Below are positions 10,035 to 18,692 of a DNA stretch of 64,000 nucleotides, in pieces. The stretch comes from Bdellovibrionota bacterium. Its GTDB lineage: Bacteria; Bdellovibrionota_C; UBA2361; CAKMMH01. The notes under the pieces are model-generated. The model saw nothing but the letters and a program-made list of their open reading frames with translations, searched no databases and was not told the origin of the DNA. The stretch covers positions 2,205 to 66,204 of the forward strand of contig JAXFOK010000015.1 in NCBI GenBank assembly GCA_034180415.1, in the 5' to 3' direction. Each line of letters begins with the position of its first letter. The first letter of the stretch is position 1. Made by a program: the position numbers and the translations under genes.

Positions 10035-11255
10035 ATGTTAAATATTTCAGATATTACCAATAAGCTTATAAAAAGTGCAAAGAATTTTTATGATGTTTCA
10101 AATATTGATATTGTATTTAAACCTTCTTTAAATTTATCAATAGGAGATTTCTATTCTGATTTTTTGATTTTATTAGCAAAAAAATATAAAAAAAATGTAA
10201 ACGAAATATTTGATAATATTACAAAGGACTTTACTTGTGAGAATTGTGATATATCTTTAGTCGGGGATTATGTAAATATAAGACTTAAAAGTTTTAAGTT
10301 AAAAGATATAACGCCAATGAATCCTGATGTAAAAATTAATCATTCGATTGTTTATGTTCCTGTACTTAATACATATTCTAAATCTTTGTTTTATAGACTA
10401 GCTTTTAAAGGATTTCTTAATAGTATTTTATTTAAAAATTTTAATGTTAATTCAAAGTTATATTTAGGAAATGAGCAGTATTGTATTAATTTTGATGACT
10501 ATAAGAGTTTTCTTAATACCTTAGAGGATGTTTATAATAAATGTATAAGTGATAAAGATATCATTAATATAATTAATACAATAACTAAAAATAACAATGA
10601 AGATTTATTTATTACTCTTTTAGGCCCTAATACCTATTATCAAAGGGAGTTATCTAAAGAATTTTTTAAAACAATACAAGGACAAAATCATTTTGTTTTT
10701 AAATTTCATTCAAAAGATTGGGGAAATGTTTATAAGGAAGATGAGCATAAGCTATGTGATTTTATAAAGAGTATCGATAGTTACACTACATTTATGAATT
10801 TAACATATATGCTTTCAAAAGATTTAGATTTTAAAGAAATAAACTTTGAAGATTCACGAATTAATACTCAAGAGAATTTTATATATTTTTTAAATTTAAC
10901 CTATAATAGGATTAACAAATTTTTTACAAAGATTGATAATACCTCATCAAGTGAATTTGAATTTTTAAGAGATGATAAATTAAGAAACATAATACTTAGA
11001 AGTTATTTATTCAAGGTTACATTGTATGACTCTTTGATTTCTGGGGATATTGGGAAATGGATTCTGGGGGTAGATAATCTTTTAAGGGAAGTTAATTTTG
11101 TCTTAAATAGTCCTAATTTTCGCTATAAACTTACTAATAATTCAAAGGTAAATACTGGTTTGTTAATTACTGATTCTCAATCAAATACTGTTAGTATTAA
11201 GGATAAGTTTGTCTTTAATTTTATTTTAGACCTATTTCAAGATTTCTTAAAGTAG
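10035..11255 (+). CDS. Hypothetical protein (406 aa), no recognisable motif
   Basis: Long uninterrupted ORF with typical N/K-rich composition, placed 10 nt after the previous gene. Confidence 0.4.
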   Translation: MLNISDITNKLIKSAKNFYDVSNIDIVFKPSLNLSIGDFYSDFLILLAKKYKKNVNEIFDNITKDFTCENCDISLVGDYVNIRLKSFKLKDITPMNPDVKINHSIVYVPVLNTYSKSLFYRLAFKGFLNSILFKNFNVNSKLYLGNEQYCINFDDYKSFLNTLEDVYNKCISDKDIINIINTITKNNNEDLFITLLGPNTYYQRELSKEFFKTIQGQNHFVFKFHSKDWGNVYKEDEHKLCDFIKSIDSYTTFMNLTYMLSKDLDFKEINFEDSRINTQENFIYFLNLTYNRINKFFTKIDNTSSSEFEFLRDDKLRNIILRSYLFKVTLYDSLISGDIGKWILGVDNLLREVNFVLNSPNFRYKLTNNSKVNTGLLITDSQSNTVSIKDKFVFNFILDLFQDFLK

Positions 11256-11384
11256 TGTAATATTTAAATAAATATGTATTTTTTATGAAAATTTTTATTG
11301 TCGTACCTTTTTTAAAAATTTTATAGTGAGGTTTCCTTTCTTTTTGTTACTTTAAAAAATTTTTTGCAAGGAGTCTATTGTTAA

Positions 11385-12743
11385 ATGGTACCTTTTAAAG
11401 AGTATAGAATGAGTATGTTCCAAGTAGTGTCACTAAGTGGAATTGTAATGGGGTGCATGTTACTTGCGTTTTATTTAGGTGTCTATTTCGGAAATAAAAT
11501 TGGTTTCGAAAATGCGATGAATGAAAGTAGAGAAAATTTAGCTAAGGTTCCTATTGATTTATCAGATACAGGAAAAGATGATGTTGATGAAAAAACTGTA
11601 AATCAAGTTTATGAGAAATTGAAAAAAGATAGTTTAAATGAAGATTTTGATAATGATCTTCCAACACTTGCTAAAATTGCAGAAGATATTAATCAAAATG
11701 AAGATAATGGTAAAAATGATAAAGGAGATAAAATAAATATTCTTGGTAATGATGAAGTACCTGATGTGGTTGGTGGAAATAAAAAGGCTATCGGGGAATA
11801 TGTAGAAGATATCAATTTTGCAGGTGGTGATGATGGCCAAAAAGTTAAAAAAGATATTATTAAAGGAAGTGATGAAGATAAAGAGGATGTAGCTTTAGTA
11901 GTAGATGGCGTTGACACAGAGAGTGAGGATATTAAAGCAGAGATTAAAGATGTAAAGAAAAAAATCGATGAACATTTAGAAAAGGAAAAAGATGTTAATA
12001 AAGATGATATTAAGCCAGTTTTGCCTAAGATAGATAGTCAAAAGGAGCAGAAATTAATAGATGAAAAAGAAGCTTCAATAAAAATTGTTGCAAAAGATAA
12101 TAAGATTATTGAAGTTCAGAGGCCAAATGGAAATAATTTAAAGTTACCTGTAAATCAGGATGGAAAAGCAAAGGTTGAAAAAATAGAAACAATTGCTATT
12201 AATGAAAATGATACAAAAATTAAACTTGAGCCTACAAATGTTATTGTTCCAAATAATGATATCAAGCGTCCTGAGGTACAACATTTAAATATTCAAGAAA
12301 AGCCAAGTAATCCAAATACGCAAAGTGGAATTCTACCAAAATTGCCAAGTGGAAATAGTGTTAATAGTGTTCCTGGTAACAATCTACCAAATAATAATAA
12401 CCAAGCTGATATTAATCGACCAATGGGGTATCAAGGTGCTATTAATCAAGGAAATCAGGGAGAAGTAAATGTACCTACTGCTTCAAGTACATCTCATATT
12501 CCTAGAGGATTTTATGTTCAAATAGCAGCAACAACTAATGAGGGAGAGGCTGCGTTATTATCTAGAAAAGTTAGAGAGTCTGGTTTTAAAGTGGTAGTTG
12601 AACAATCAGTAGTTGGAGGTTCGAGATATTATAGGGTTCTTGCTGGTCCTGAAGATACTAGGGAACATGCAACTAGAATGGTTGATCAAATACGAAGGGA
12701 ACCTTATATTAATTCTCAGCCATTCGTAAGAGATGTTAAGTAG
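11385..12743 (+). CDS. SPOR-domain, septal-peptidoglycan-binding membrane protein (FtsN/DedD-like)
   Basis: N-terminal TM helix, long acidic/Lys-rich and Pro/Asn-rich linker, C-terminal SPOR domain (FYVQIAATTNEGEAALLSRKVRESGFKVVVEQSVVGGSRYYRVLAGP). RBS caaggag upstream. Confidence 0.7.
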   Translation: MVPFKEYRMSMFQVVSLSGIVMGCMLLAFYLGVYFGNKIGFENAMNESRENLAKVPIDLSDTGKDDVDEKTVNQVYEKLKKDSLNEDFDNDLPTLAKIAEDINQNEDNGKNDKGDKINILGNDEVPDVVGGNKKAIGEYVEDINFAGGDDGQKVKKDIIKGSDEDKEDVALVVDGVDTESEDIKAEIKDVKKKIDEHLEKEKDVNKDDIKPVLPKIDSQKEQKLIDEKEASIKIVAKDNKIIEVQRPNGNNLKLPVNQDGKAKVEKIETIAINENDTKIKLEPTNVIVPNNDIKRPEVQHLNIQEKPSNPNTQSGILPKLPSGNSVNSVPGNNLPNNNNQADINRPMGYQGAINQGNQGEVNVPTASSTSHIPRGFYVQIAATTNEGEAALLSRKVRESGFKVVVEQSVVGGSRYYRVLAGPEDTREHATRMVDQIRREPYINSQPFVRDVK

Positions 12744-12897
12744 TTGTTATTAAAGATAATTTTAAATATTATTAATTTTTAAAAAATTGGTATTAAGTAT
12801 TTTTTGTAAAATATCCGAAATAATATTTAATGATGTTTTGTAGTTTTTAGTGATATAAGAATTAAGGCTTTAAGAATTTTATTATGTTTTACTTTAA

Positions 12898-14640
12898 ATG
12901 AGCAACTCTTTATTAGAACCTAACAAAGACATATTATCACGTATTGGTCATTACGTAGTAACAGATATTGGCGCAAAGAGAGAAACTAATCAAGATAATT
13001 TTATCGTCGTTTATGGTGAAAATTTCATATACTATGTCGTTTGTGATGGTATGGGCGGAACTGATGGCGGAGAAATCGCTTCCCAAATGACGGTTTCCTA
13101 TATAGATTCTGAATTAAAAGGTAAAAAAATAAGTGACATTGAAGATGTAAAAAAAGTAGTATATGAAGCTAATGAGAGAGTTTTCGAATATGGCATGGAA
13201 CATAAAGAAGTTCAAGGCCTAGGTACAACAATAACAAGTTTACTTGTGATGCCAAAAAGTTCATGGACTTTAAATGTTGGTGATTCAAGAGTTTATAAAA
13301 TCTTTGGCGATACGATAAGTCAAATTACAGAAGATGATACAGTTTTAAATGAGCTTATAAAATCTGGTGTTATATCTCAGGAAAAAGCAAAAAGTCATCC
13401 CATTTCAAATATGCTTACTAAGACTATCGGACAGGGAAAAAGTCTTGAGATTGAAACAACGAGACTCGGATTTTTAGATTATAGGGAAAGATTTATTTTA
13501 TGTTCAGATGGCTTATATAATATGGTTTCTGATAATGAAATCATGGAAATAATAAGCAATAATGATGTTAAAGAAGGTGTCAGAGGGTTAATAAAAAAGG
13601 CTAATGATAATGGTGGAATAGATAATATTACTGCGATGCTTGTAGGTGTATTTAACCAAAGAATATTATCTGATGAAGAAGAAAATAGCTTAATTGAACA
13701 ATCAAAAGCAAGGGTCGTAAAACCACAAGAGATATCAAATAATATAGATTACAATAAGCTTACTCAAAGGTTTGAGGAATTTAAAAATAGTGATGATGGC
13801 AAATATAAGAAATTATGGAATAAAACAGTTACTGACCACAATAACAATGAAAAAGTTGATGTGTCTAGTAGTGATTTAAGAGTATTAAGCCATTTAATTA
13901 TTTTAGTTGTATTGATAGTTTTAGGTTGTATTTTTGTAATTCCTAATAACAGTGTTAAACTTTCTAGGCAAATTCAAGAAGATAAATTTGAGGATAAAAT
14001 AGGCAATATTAAAGTTACAGAAGATGATTATAAGTTTAGGTTGAATTTTGAAGATAAAAAGTATGACGATAATGATAAGTTTATAGATTATTCTAAAAGA
14101 GAAATTATAGCTTATAATGAGATATTGGATATTGTTAAAAAAAGAGAAAGTTTATCAGAAGAAAAATTGTTAAGGCAAAAAAAAATATTATTAGATAGTA
14201 ATAAGGCTATAGAATCACAAATTAATAAATTGTCAGAAAAGATAAATGATATTAGAGAATATAATAACAAGAATTTATTAGATATTGCACGCGAGATATC
14301 AGAAAATGATGAAAATGTTAAAAAATTATCAGATGATTTTTTAAGTTTTTCATATGATATTCTTAATAATGATTTAAATCAAAATGATTACAATAAAATC
14401 AAAGAAGAAAAATTAAATAGGTTATATAAGCAAGTTGAGAGCTATTTTTATGATAAGATTTCTAAATATGAAATTCAAATAAAGTCTATGCAAGATAAAT
14501 TGCTTAGTAATCAATTTAATCTTTCAATTGTTGATTTAAAAATGCAATATGCAAAATTATTAGTTGATAATGAAGAAGAAAAATTAAAAGATTTTGAGGC
14601 AAAAATTAATACATTAAAGCAAAGAGTAAGCAAATCTTAA
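12898..14640 (+). CDS. PP2C-family Ser/Thr phosphatase with a C-terminal TM segment and a long coiled-coil domain
   Basis: N-terminal PPM motifs (YVVCDGMGGTDGGEIAS, ...CSDGLYNMVSDNE..., DNITAMLV). TM helix LSHLIILVVLIVLGCIFVI. The C-terminal about 230 aa is heptad-like. Confidence 0.8.
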   Translation: MSNSLLEPNKDILSRIGHYVVTDIGAKRETNQDNFIVVYGENFIYYVVCDGMGGTDGGEIASQMTVSYIDSELKGKKISDIEDVKKVVYEANERVFEYGMEHKEVQGLGTTITSLLVMPKSSWTLNVGDSRVYKIFGDTISQITEDDTVLNELIKSGVISQEKAKSHPISNMLTKTIGQGKSLEIETTRLGFLDYRERFILCSDGLYNMVSDNEIMEIISNNDVKEGVRGLIKKANDNGGIDNITAMLVGVFNQRILSDEEENSLIEQSKARVVKPQEISNNIDYNKLTQRFEEFKNSDDGKYKKLWNKTVTDHNNNEKVDVSSSDLRVLSHLIILVVLIVLGCIFVIPNNSVKLSRQIQEDKFEDKIGNIKVTEDDYKFRLNFEDKKYDDNDKFIDYSKREIIAYNEILDIVKKRESLSEEKLLRQKKILLDSNKAIESQINKLSEKINDIREYNNKNLLDIAREISENDENVKKLSDDFLSFSYDILNNDLNQNDYNKIKEEKLNRLYKQVESYFYDKISKYEIQIKSMQDKLLSNQFNLSIVDLKMQYAKLLVDNEEEKLKDFEAKINTLKQRVSKS

Positions 14641-14666
14641 GTAATGTGGTAGACTCACAATATTTC

Positions 14667-14695
14667 TAAGGAAACACTGATTAATTTAAAATATC
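14667..14695. repeat. Family-B half-element (aaggaaacactgattaat)
   Basis: Shares aaggaaacactgattaat with 14798..14870 and, in inverted form, with 40014..40052. Confidence 0.5.
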
Positions 14696-14797
14696 TCGCA
14701 GAAGCCTATTATCTAAAATCCTATTCCTATATAGCAACATAAATTATATTTTTTTCGAAGAATTTTATATGAAGCTATTTTATTTTTTAGTAATTTA

Positions 14798-14870
14798 AAG
14801 AAAACACTGATTAATTCAAAATATCGTGTAAGGAGTCGACTAAAATTTTGCATTAATCAGTGTTTCCTTA
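14798..14870. repeat. Family-B palindromic element (14-bp perfect inverted repeat aaacactgattaat ... attaatcagtgttt)
   Basis: Perfect inverted repeat with an about 40-nt spacer. The 3' module gtcgactaaaattttgcattaatcagtgtttcctta is almost identical to ggcgactaaaactttgcatcagtgtttcctta at 40014..40052. Confidence 0.6.
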
Positions 14871-14888
14871 ATTTTAATTTTCTATTAA

Positions 14889-15995
14889 TTGGTTTTTATT
14901 ATGAAAAATTTTTATGATTATTTATGTTTATCATTAATTGCTATGGAATTAAAGCCTAGCGAAAGTAGGGAGTTTAGTTTGTTTTTATCAAATGAAAATA
15001 TTTATGAAAAGGAAAATAGTATAAATTTAATTTCAAAAAATTTTCCTAAAATAATTGAAAAGTTTCAGAATAAATTAGTTAAAGAAACTATAATGAATAA
15101 AATATCAAAATGGGAAAGCCAAGGGATAAAATTTTTATTATTAGGTACTAATGATTATCCAATATCATTAAAAAGTATTTTTAATCCGCCACTAGTTTTA
15201 TTTTATAAAGGAATATGGAAAAAGGATTATGATTATAATAACTCGGTTGCTATTGTCGGGTCTAGGAAGGCTTGTTTGATGCAATCTAAATTTGTTAGTG
15301 AGCTTGCAAAAAGTTTAAGTTATTCTAACATTTGTATAGTTAGTGGTTTAGCTCAAGGGATTGATGCGGCATCTCATATAGGAGCTCTTGGTAATCCTTC
15401 AAATTTATTTCCAACAATTGCAGTTTTAGGAAGCGGGGTAAATTATATTTATCCATCTGTGCATAAATATTTAGCACATAAAATAATTGAAGAAGGTGGG
15501 GTAATATTAAGTCATTTTTTACCCGACACTTCGCCACTTCCATATAATTTTTTAGATAGGAATAGAGTGATCTCAGGTCTTTCAAAAATTATAATTGTTG
15601 CACAAGCTGCTATGAAAAGTGGTGCGCTTTCTACAGCTAGATATGCTCTTGAACAGGGAAGGGATCTTTTAGCTGTTCTTGGCCCAGTGTATGACGAAGG
15701 ATTTGAAGGTTCAAATAATTTAATTACTCAAGGAGCAATCCCTATTGCTAATATAGATGATTTTTATAAGTTATATCCTGAGTATTTAAAAGATATGAAT
15801 CTTGATAATATTGAAAGTACCATTACTAATGAACCTGAAAAAACAGTTTATGAATATATAAAAAAACGAAAAAAAGTTACACGAAGTGAATTATATGAAA
15901 AATTTATAGATCTTGATTTACCATTAATAATTATTAATTTACAAGCTGAAAATTATATAGATTCACTGCCTGGTGAGGAATATGTGGTAAGGTGA
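14889..15995 (+). CDS. dprA: DNA processing protein DprA (Smf)
   Basis: Rossmann-like core with SGLAQGIDAASHIGAL and RNRVISGLS motifs. The C-terminal winged-helix extension is typical of DprA. An alternative start at 14901 (MKNFYD) is possible. Confidence 0.85.
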   Translation: MVFIMKNFYDYLCLSLIAMELKPSESREFSLFLSNENIYEKENSINLISKNFPKIIEKFQNKLVKETIMNKISKWESQGIKFLLLGTNDYPISLKSIFNPPLVLFYKGIWKKDYDYNNSVAIVGSRKACLMQSKFVSELAKSLSYSNICIVSGLAQGIDAASHIGALGNPSNLFPTIAVLGSGVNYIYPSVHKYLAHKIIEEGGVILSHFLPDTSPLPYNFLDRNRVISGLSKIIIVAQAAMKSGALSTARYALEQGRDLLAVLGPVYDEGFEGSNNLITQGAIPIANIDDFYKLYPEYLKDMNLDNIESTITNEPEKTVYEYIKKRKKVTRSELYEKFIDLDLPLIIINLQAENYIDSLPGEEYVVR

Positions 15996-16062
15996 CAGGG
16001 AACAGGTTTCAAGTGTTTCCTGAGACCCGAACTCTGAAACCTATTTTCTGAAATTTAATTTA
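15996..16062. repeat. Family-C element (GGTTTCA / CTGAAAC motifs) immediately after the dprA stop
   Basis: ggaacaggtttcaagtgtttcctgagacccgaactctgaaacctattttctgaaat. Related motif strings occur at 18502, 31838, 40080 and 43925. Confidence 0.5.
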
Positions 16063-16106
16063 ATCATTAGCAACTTTTTAAATATTTCTTCGATAAACTT
16101 TATAGT

Positions 16107-16670
16107 ATGAGTGTAATAATATCTTATCAGAACAATTTATCGCTAAAAAATGAATATCTAGAAATTAGAGGTTTAGGTAGTAAAATAGGATTAGATAGAA
16201 CAGGAACTATAACAAATAGTAATGTTATTGAAGATTATTTTTCAATTTATTCAATAAATGAAGAATATGTACTAAATGTTAATGATGAAAATATATTACT
16301 TCCTAAATACTATAAAATGAATATCAATAATATGGATTTCTTTTTTTATACTATTTCACCTACATGTGAAAGTTTATCGTATGCTTGTTTTGATAAAGAT
16401 TTATCTCAAGTAAAAGAAAGAGATTTTATTACGTTAACTATTAATCATAATCTTAAAATATTAGATATAAAACTATATGAAGGGGTTGAGTATTATTTAG
16501 GCTCATCTAAAGTTTCTTCTATCTTTCTTGATGAAAATTTTGTTGCGCCTTATCATACTAAAATTAAGTATATAGATAAGAAAATACAAGTTATCGATGT
16601 TGCTGGAAGTCTTAAAAAAGAAGACGACTATTCTTACATATTAAATGATATTTTATTAAGATTTTCTTAG
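16107..16670 (+). CDS. Hypothetical protein with a possible C-terminal FHA-like domain
   Basis: The C-terminal segment ...LGSSKVSSIFLDENFVAPYHTKIKYIDKKIQVIDVAGS... weakly resembles the FHA core (G-R..D..L.D..VSR.HA.I......V.DLGS.NG). Weak call. Confidence 0.3.
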   Translation: MSVIISYQNNLSLKNEYLEIRGLGSKIGLDRTGTITNSNVIEDYFSIYSINEEYVLNVNDENILLPKYYKMNINNMDFFFYTISPTCESLSYACFDKDLSQVKERDFITLTINHNLKILDIKLYEGVEYYLGSSKVSSIFLDENFVAPYHTKIKYIDKKIQVIDVAGSLKKEDDYSYILNDILLRFS

Positions 16671-16708
16671 TTGCAAATATGCGAATAAAAGAAACTATTT
16701 TAAACTTT

Positions 16709-17050
16709 TTATTTTGAATTATTACTTGCTGCAGCTAGTGCGTCTAATTCACCGTCTGGAGAAACTATCTGAGTTACCCTTATACCAAATTTATCATTTA
16801 CTACTACTGCTTCACCTTGTGCTAATAATTTATTATTAACTCTAATATCTAAAGGTTCTTCTGGAAGTTTATTTAATTCTATAATTGAACCTTTTCTTAA
16901 TTTTATAAGTTTATCAAGAGTGCACTCAACTCTTCCTAGCTCTACAGATACTATGAGTTCTACATCATAAAAGAATTGAAGTGTACCAACTTTATCTTGA
17001 ATTGAAGCTGATTCAACAATATTCTCTTTTTCTTTTTTTTGCTCTTCCAT
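16709..17050 (-). CDS. FliN/SpoA (SctQ C-terminal) domain protein, orphan
   Basis: ELIVSVELGRVECTLDKLIKLRKGSIIELNKLPEEPLDIRVNNKLLAQGEAVVVNDKFGIRVTQI is a clear SpoA/FliN fold signature. 113 aa. No other flagellar or T3SS switch genes are adjacent. Confidence 0.75.
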   Translation of the reverse strand: MEEQKKEKENIVESASIQDKVGTLQFFYDVELIVSVELGRVECTLDKLIKLRKGSIIELNKLPEEPLDIRVNNKLLAQGEAVVVNDKFGIRVTQIVSPDGELDALAAASNNSK

Positions 17051-17235
17051 AAATTTAACCTAAGTAAAAAACTTTTCTTAGCTTATTTGATGCAAATTAT
17101 ATGAAAAAAGACTAAAAAAAGTCACAATTTTTAATATTTACTTAAAATTTTCTTCGAATTTTACCGATAAATGAAATAATCAAGGTTTATAGGTATTATA
17201 AAAAATTAGTTTTAATTGATAGATTTACGACAAAT

Positions 17236-18501
17236 ATGGAACAAATAGCTGGAAAATATAATATTATTAGGTTGTTAGGTAAAGGAGCTACTGGGGAAGT
17301 GTACCTTGTAGAGCATAATGACCTAAAGTTAGAATATGCACTAAAACTTTTGTCAAAGGAAGTTTCAAATAACGATGTGGTCGTAGAAAGATTTATAAAA
17401 GAGGCAAGATTACTAGAAAAATTTTCCCATAAAAATACTGCAAGATTAAGAGATTTTGGAAAAAATGATGATGGCCGTTATTACATGACTACTGATTTTT
17501 GTAAGGGGATTACATTAAGCGAGCTTGTAAAGAAAAGAGGGGCTATTAATTATAATTTAGCTCTTAAAATCATGATTGATATTTTAGATGTTCTATCTTG
17601 CGCACATAAAGAAGGGGTAGTTCATAGGGATATAAAATCTGAAAATGTGATAGTAAATTTTAATGAAAATTTTGATGATTATGATGAGTTAAAAGTGCTT
17701 GATTTTGGTATAGCCAAAATGAAGCAAGATATTAAATTAAATGATACAAAGACCATAGATGGTTCTGCATTAGGGACTCCTCAATATATGGCTCCAGAAC
17801 AAGCAGCTGGTGAACCTAATCTTGATCATAGGATTGATATTTATTCGGCTGGAATTGTTTTATATGAGCTTCTTGCTGGAAAAGTTCCTTTTTTTGGGGA
17901 AACTATAGTTCAAACGCTTTTAATGCATTTAACTCAGCCGATTCCTCCTTTTGATGAATCATTAAACATTCCAGAAGATGTTTCTAATATTGTTAATAAA
18001 GCATTACAAAAAATCCCTAACAATAGATATCAAACTGCTGAAATGTTTATGCAAGATTGTAAAAAGATTTTAAATTGTGAAAACGTTGGGGAAGTTTCAG
18101 GTGATAATGGTGCGTATGTTATAAATGATGAAAAAAAAGAGAAAACGAAAATTCTATGTATTGATGATAATCAGATGATTTTAAATATAATTAGCCATAT
18201 TTTAACAAAAGAGGGATTTGAAGTATTTACTACAAATGATCCGAGTACACTTCATAGTTATTTATTCCAAGAAAGAATAGATTTGTTGATTTCAGATATA
18301 AATATGCCAAGTATTAACGGTAATGATTTGTGTAAAATGTTAAAACAAACCATGCCAAGCCTTAAAATAGCACTTTTTTCGAATATTCCAGAACAAGACT
18401 TAGAAGCGCTTGCAAAAGATGCGTCAGCAGATGCTTGGATTTCAAAAAACGAAAAGCCAAATGTGTGGCTTGAAGGGATATATAAACTACTAGGAAGATA
18501 A
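17236..18501 (+). CDS. Hanks-type Ser/Thr protein kinase fused to a C-terminal response-regulator receiver (REC) domain
   Basis: Kinase motifs are intact: GKGATGEV, ALKLL (VAIK-like Lys), HRDIKSENV, DFG, APE. The C-terminal about 120 aa is KILCIDDNQMILNIISHIL ... DLLISDINMP ... IALFSN (REC with phospho-acceptor Asp). Confidence 0.85.
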   Translation: MEQIAGKYNIIRLLGKGATGEVYLVEHNDLKLEYALKLLSKEVSNNDVVVERFIKEARLLEKFSHKNTARLRDFGKNDDGRYYMTTDFCKGITLSELVKKRGAINYNLALKIMIDILDVLSCAHKEGVVHRDIKSENVIVNFNENFDDYDELKVLDFGIAKMKQDIKLNDTKTIDGSALGTPQYMAPEQAAGEPNLDHRIDIYSAGIVLYELLAGKVPFFGETIVQTLLMHLTQPIPPFDESLNIPEDVSNIVNKALQKIPNNRYQTAEMFMQDCKKILNCENVGEVSGDNGAYVINDEKKEKTKILCIDDNQMILNIISHILTKEGFEVFTTNDPSTLHSYLFQERIDLLISDINMPSINGNDLCKMLKQTMPSLKIALFSNIPEQDLEALAKDASADAWISKNEKPNVWLEGIYKLLGR

Positions 18502-18625
18502 TCTCTATAATCTGTTCCCAGTTTATTGAAAGCTGACCCTTGTTTTCTGAAACCTGTTCCCTACACCAGAAACCTTTTTCTTGTTATCTGATTCCTGAAA
18601 CACGACTCTTAGTTTCCTAATTTTT
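18502..18625. repeat. Family-C element after the kinase stop
   Basis: ctgttcccagtttattgaaagctgacccttgttttctgaaacctgttccctacaccagaaacctttttcttgttatctgattcctgaaacac. Repeated ctgaaac / ctgttccc motifs. Confidence 0.5.
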
Positions 18626-18692
18626 TATATTGTCGAAATTCTTATTTCTTGTTAATTTTGTAATAGTTTCGTAAATATTTTGTAAAGGAATT

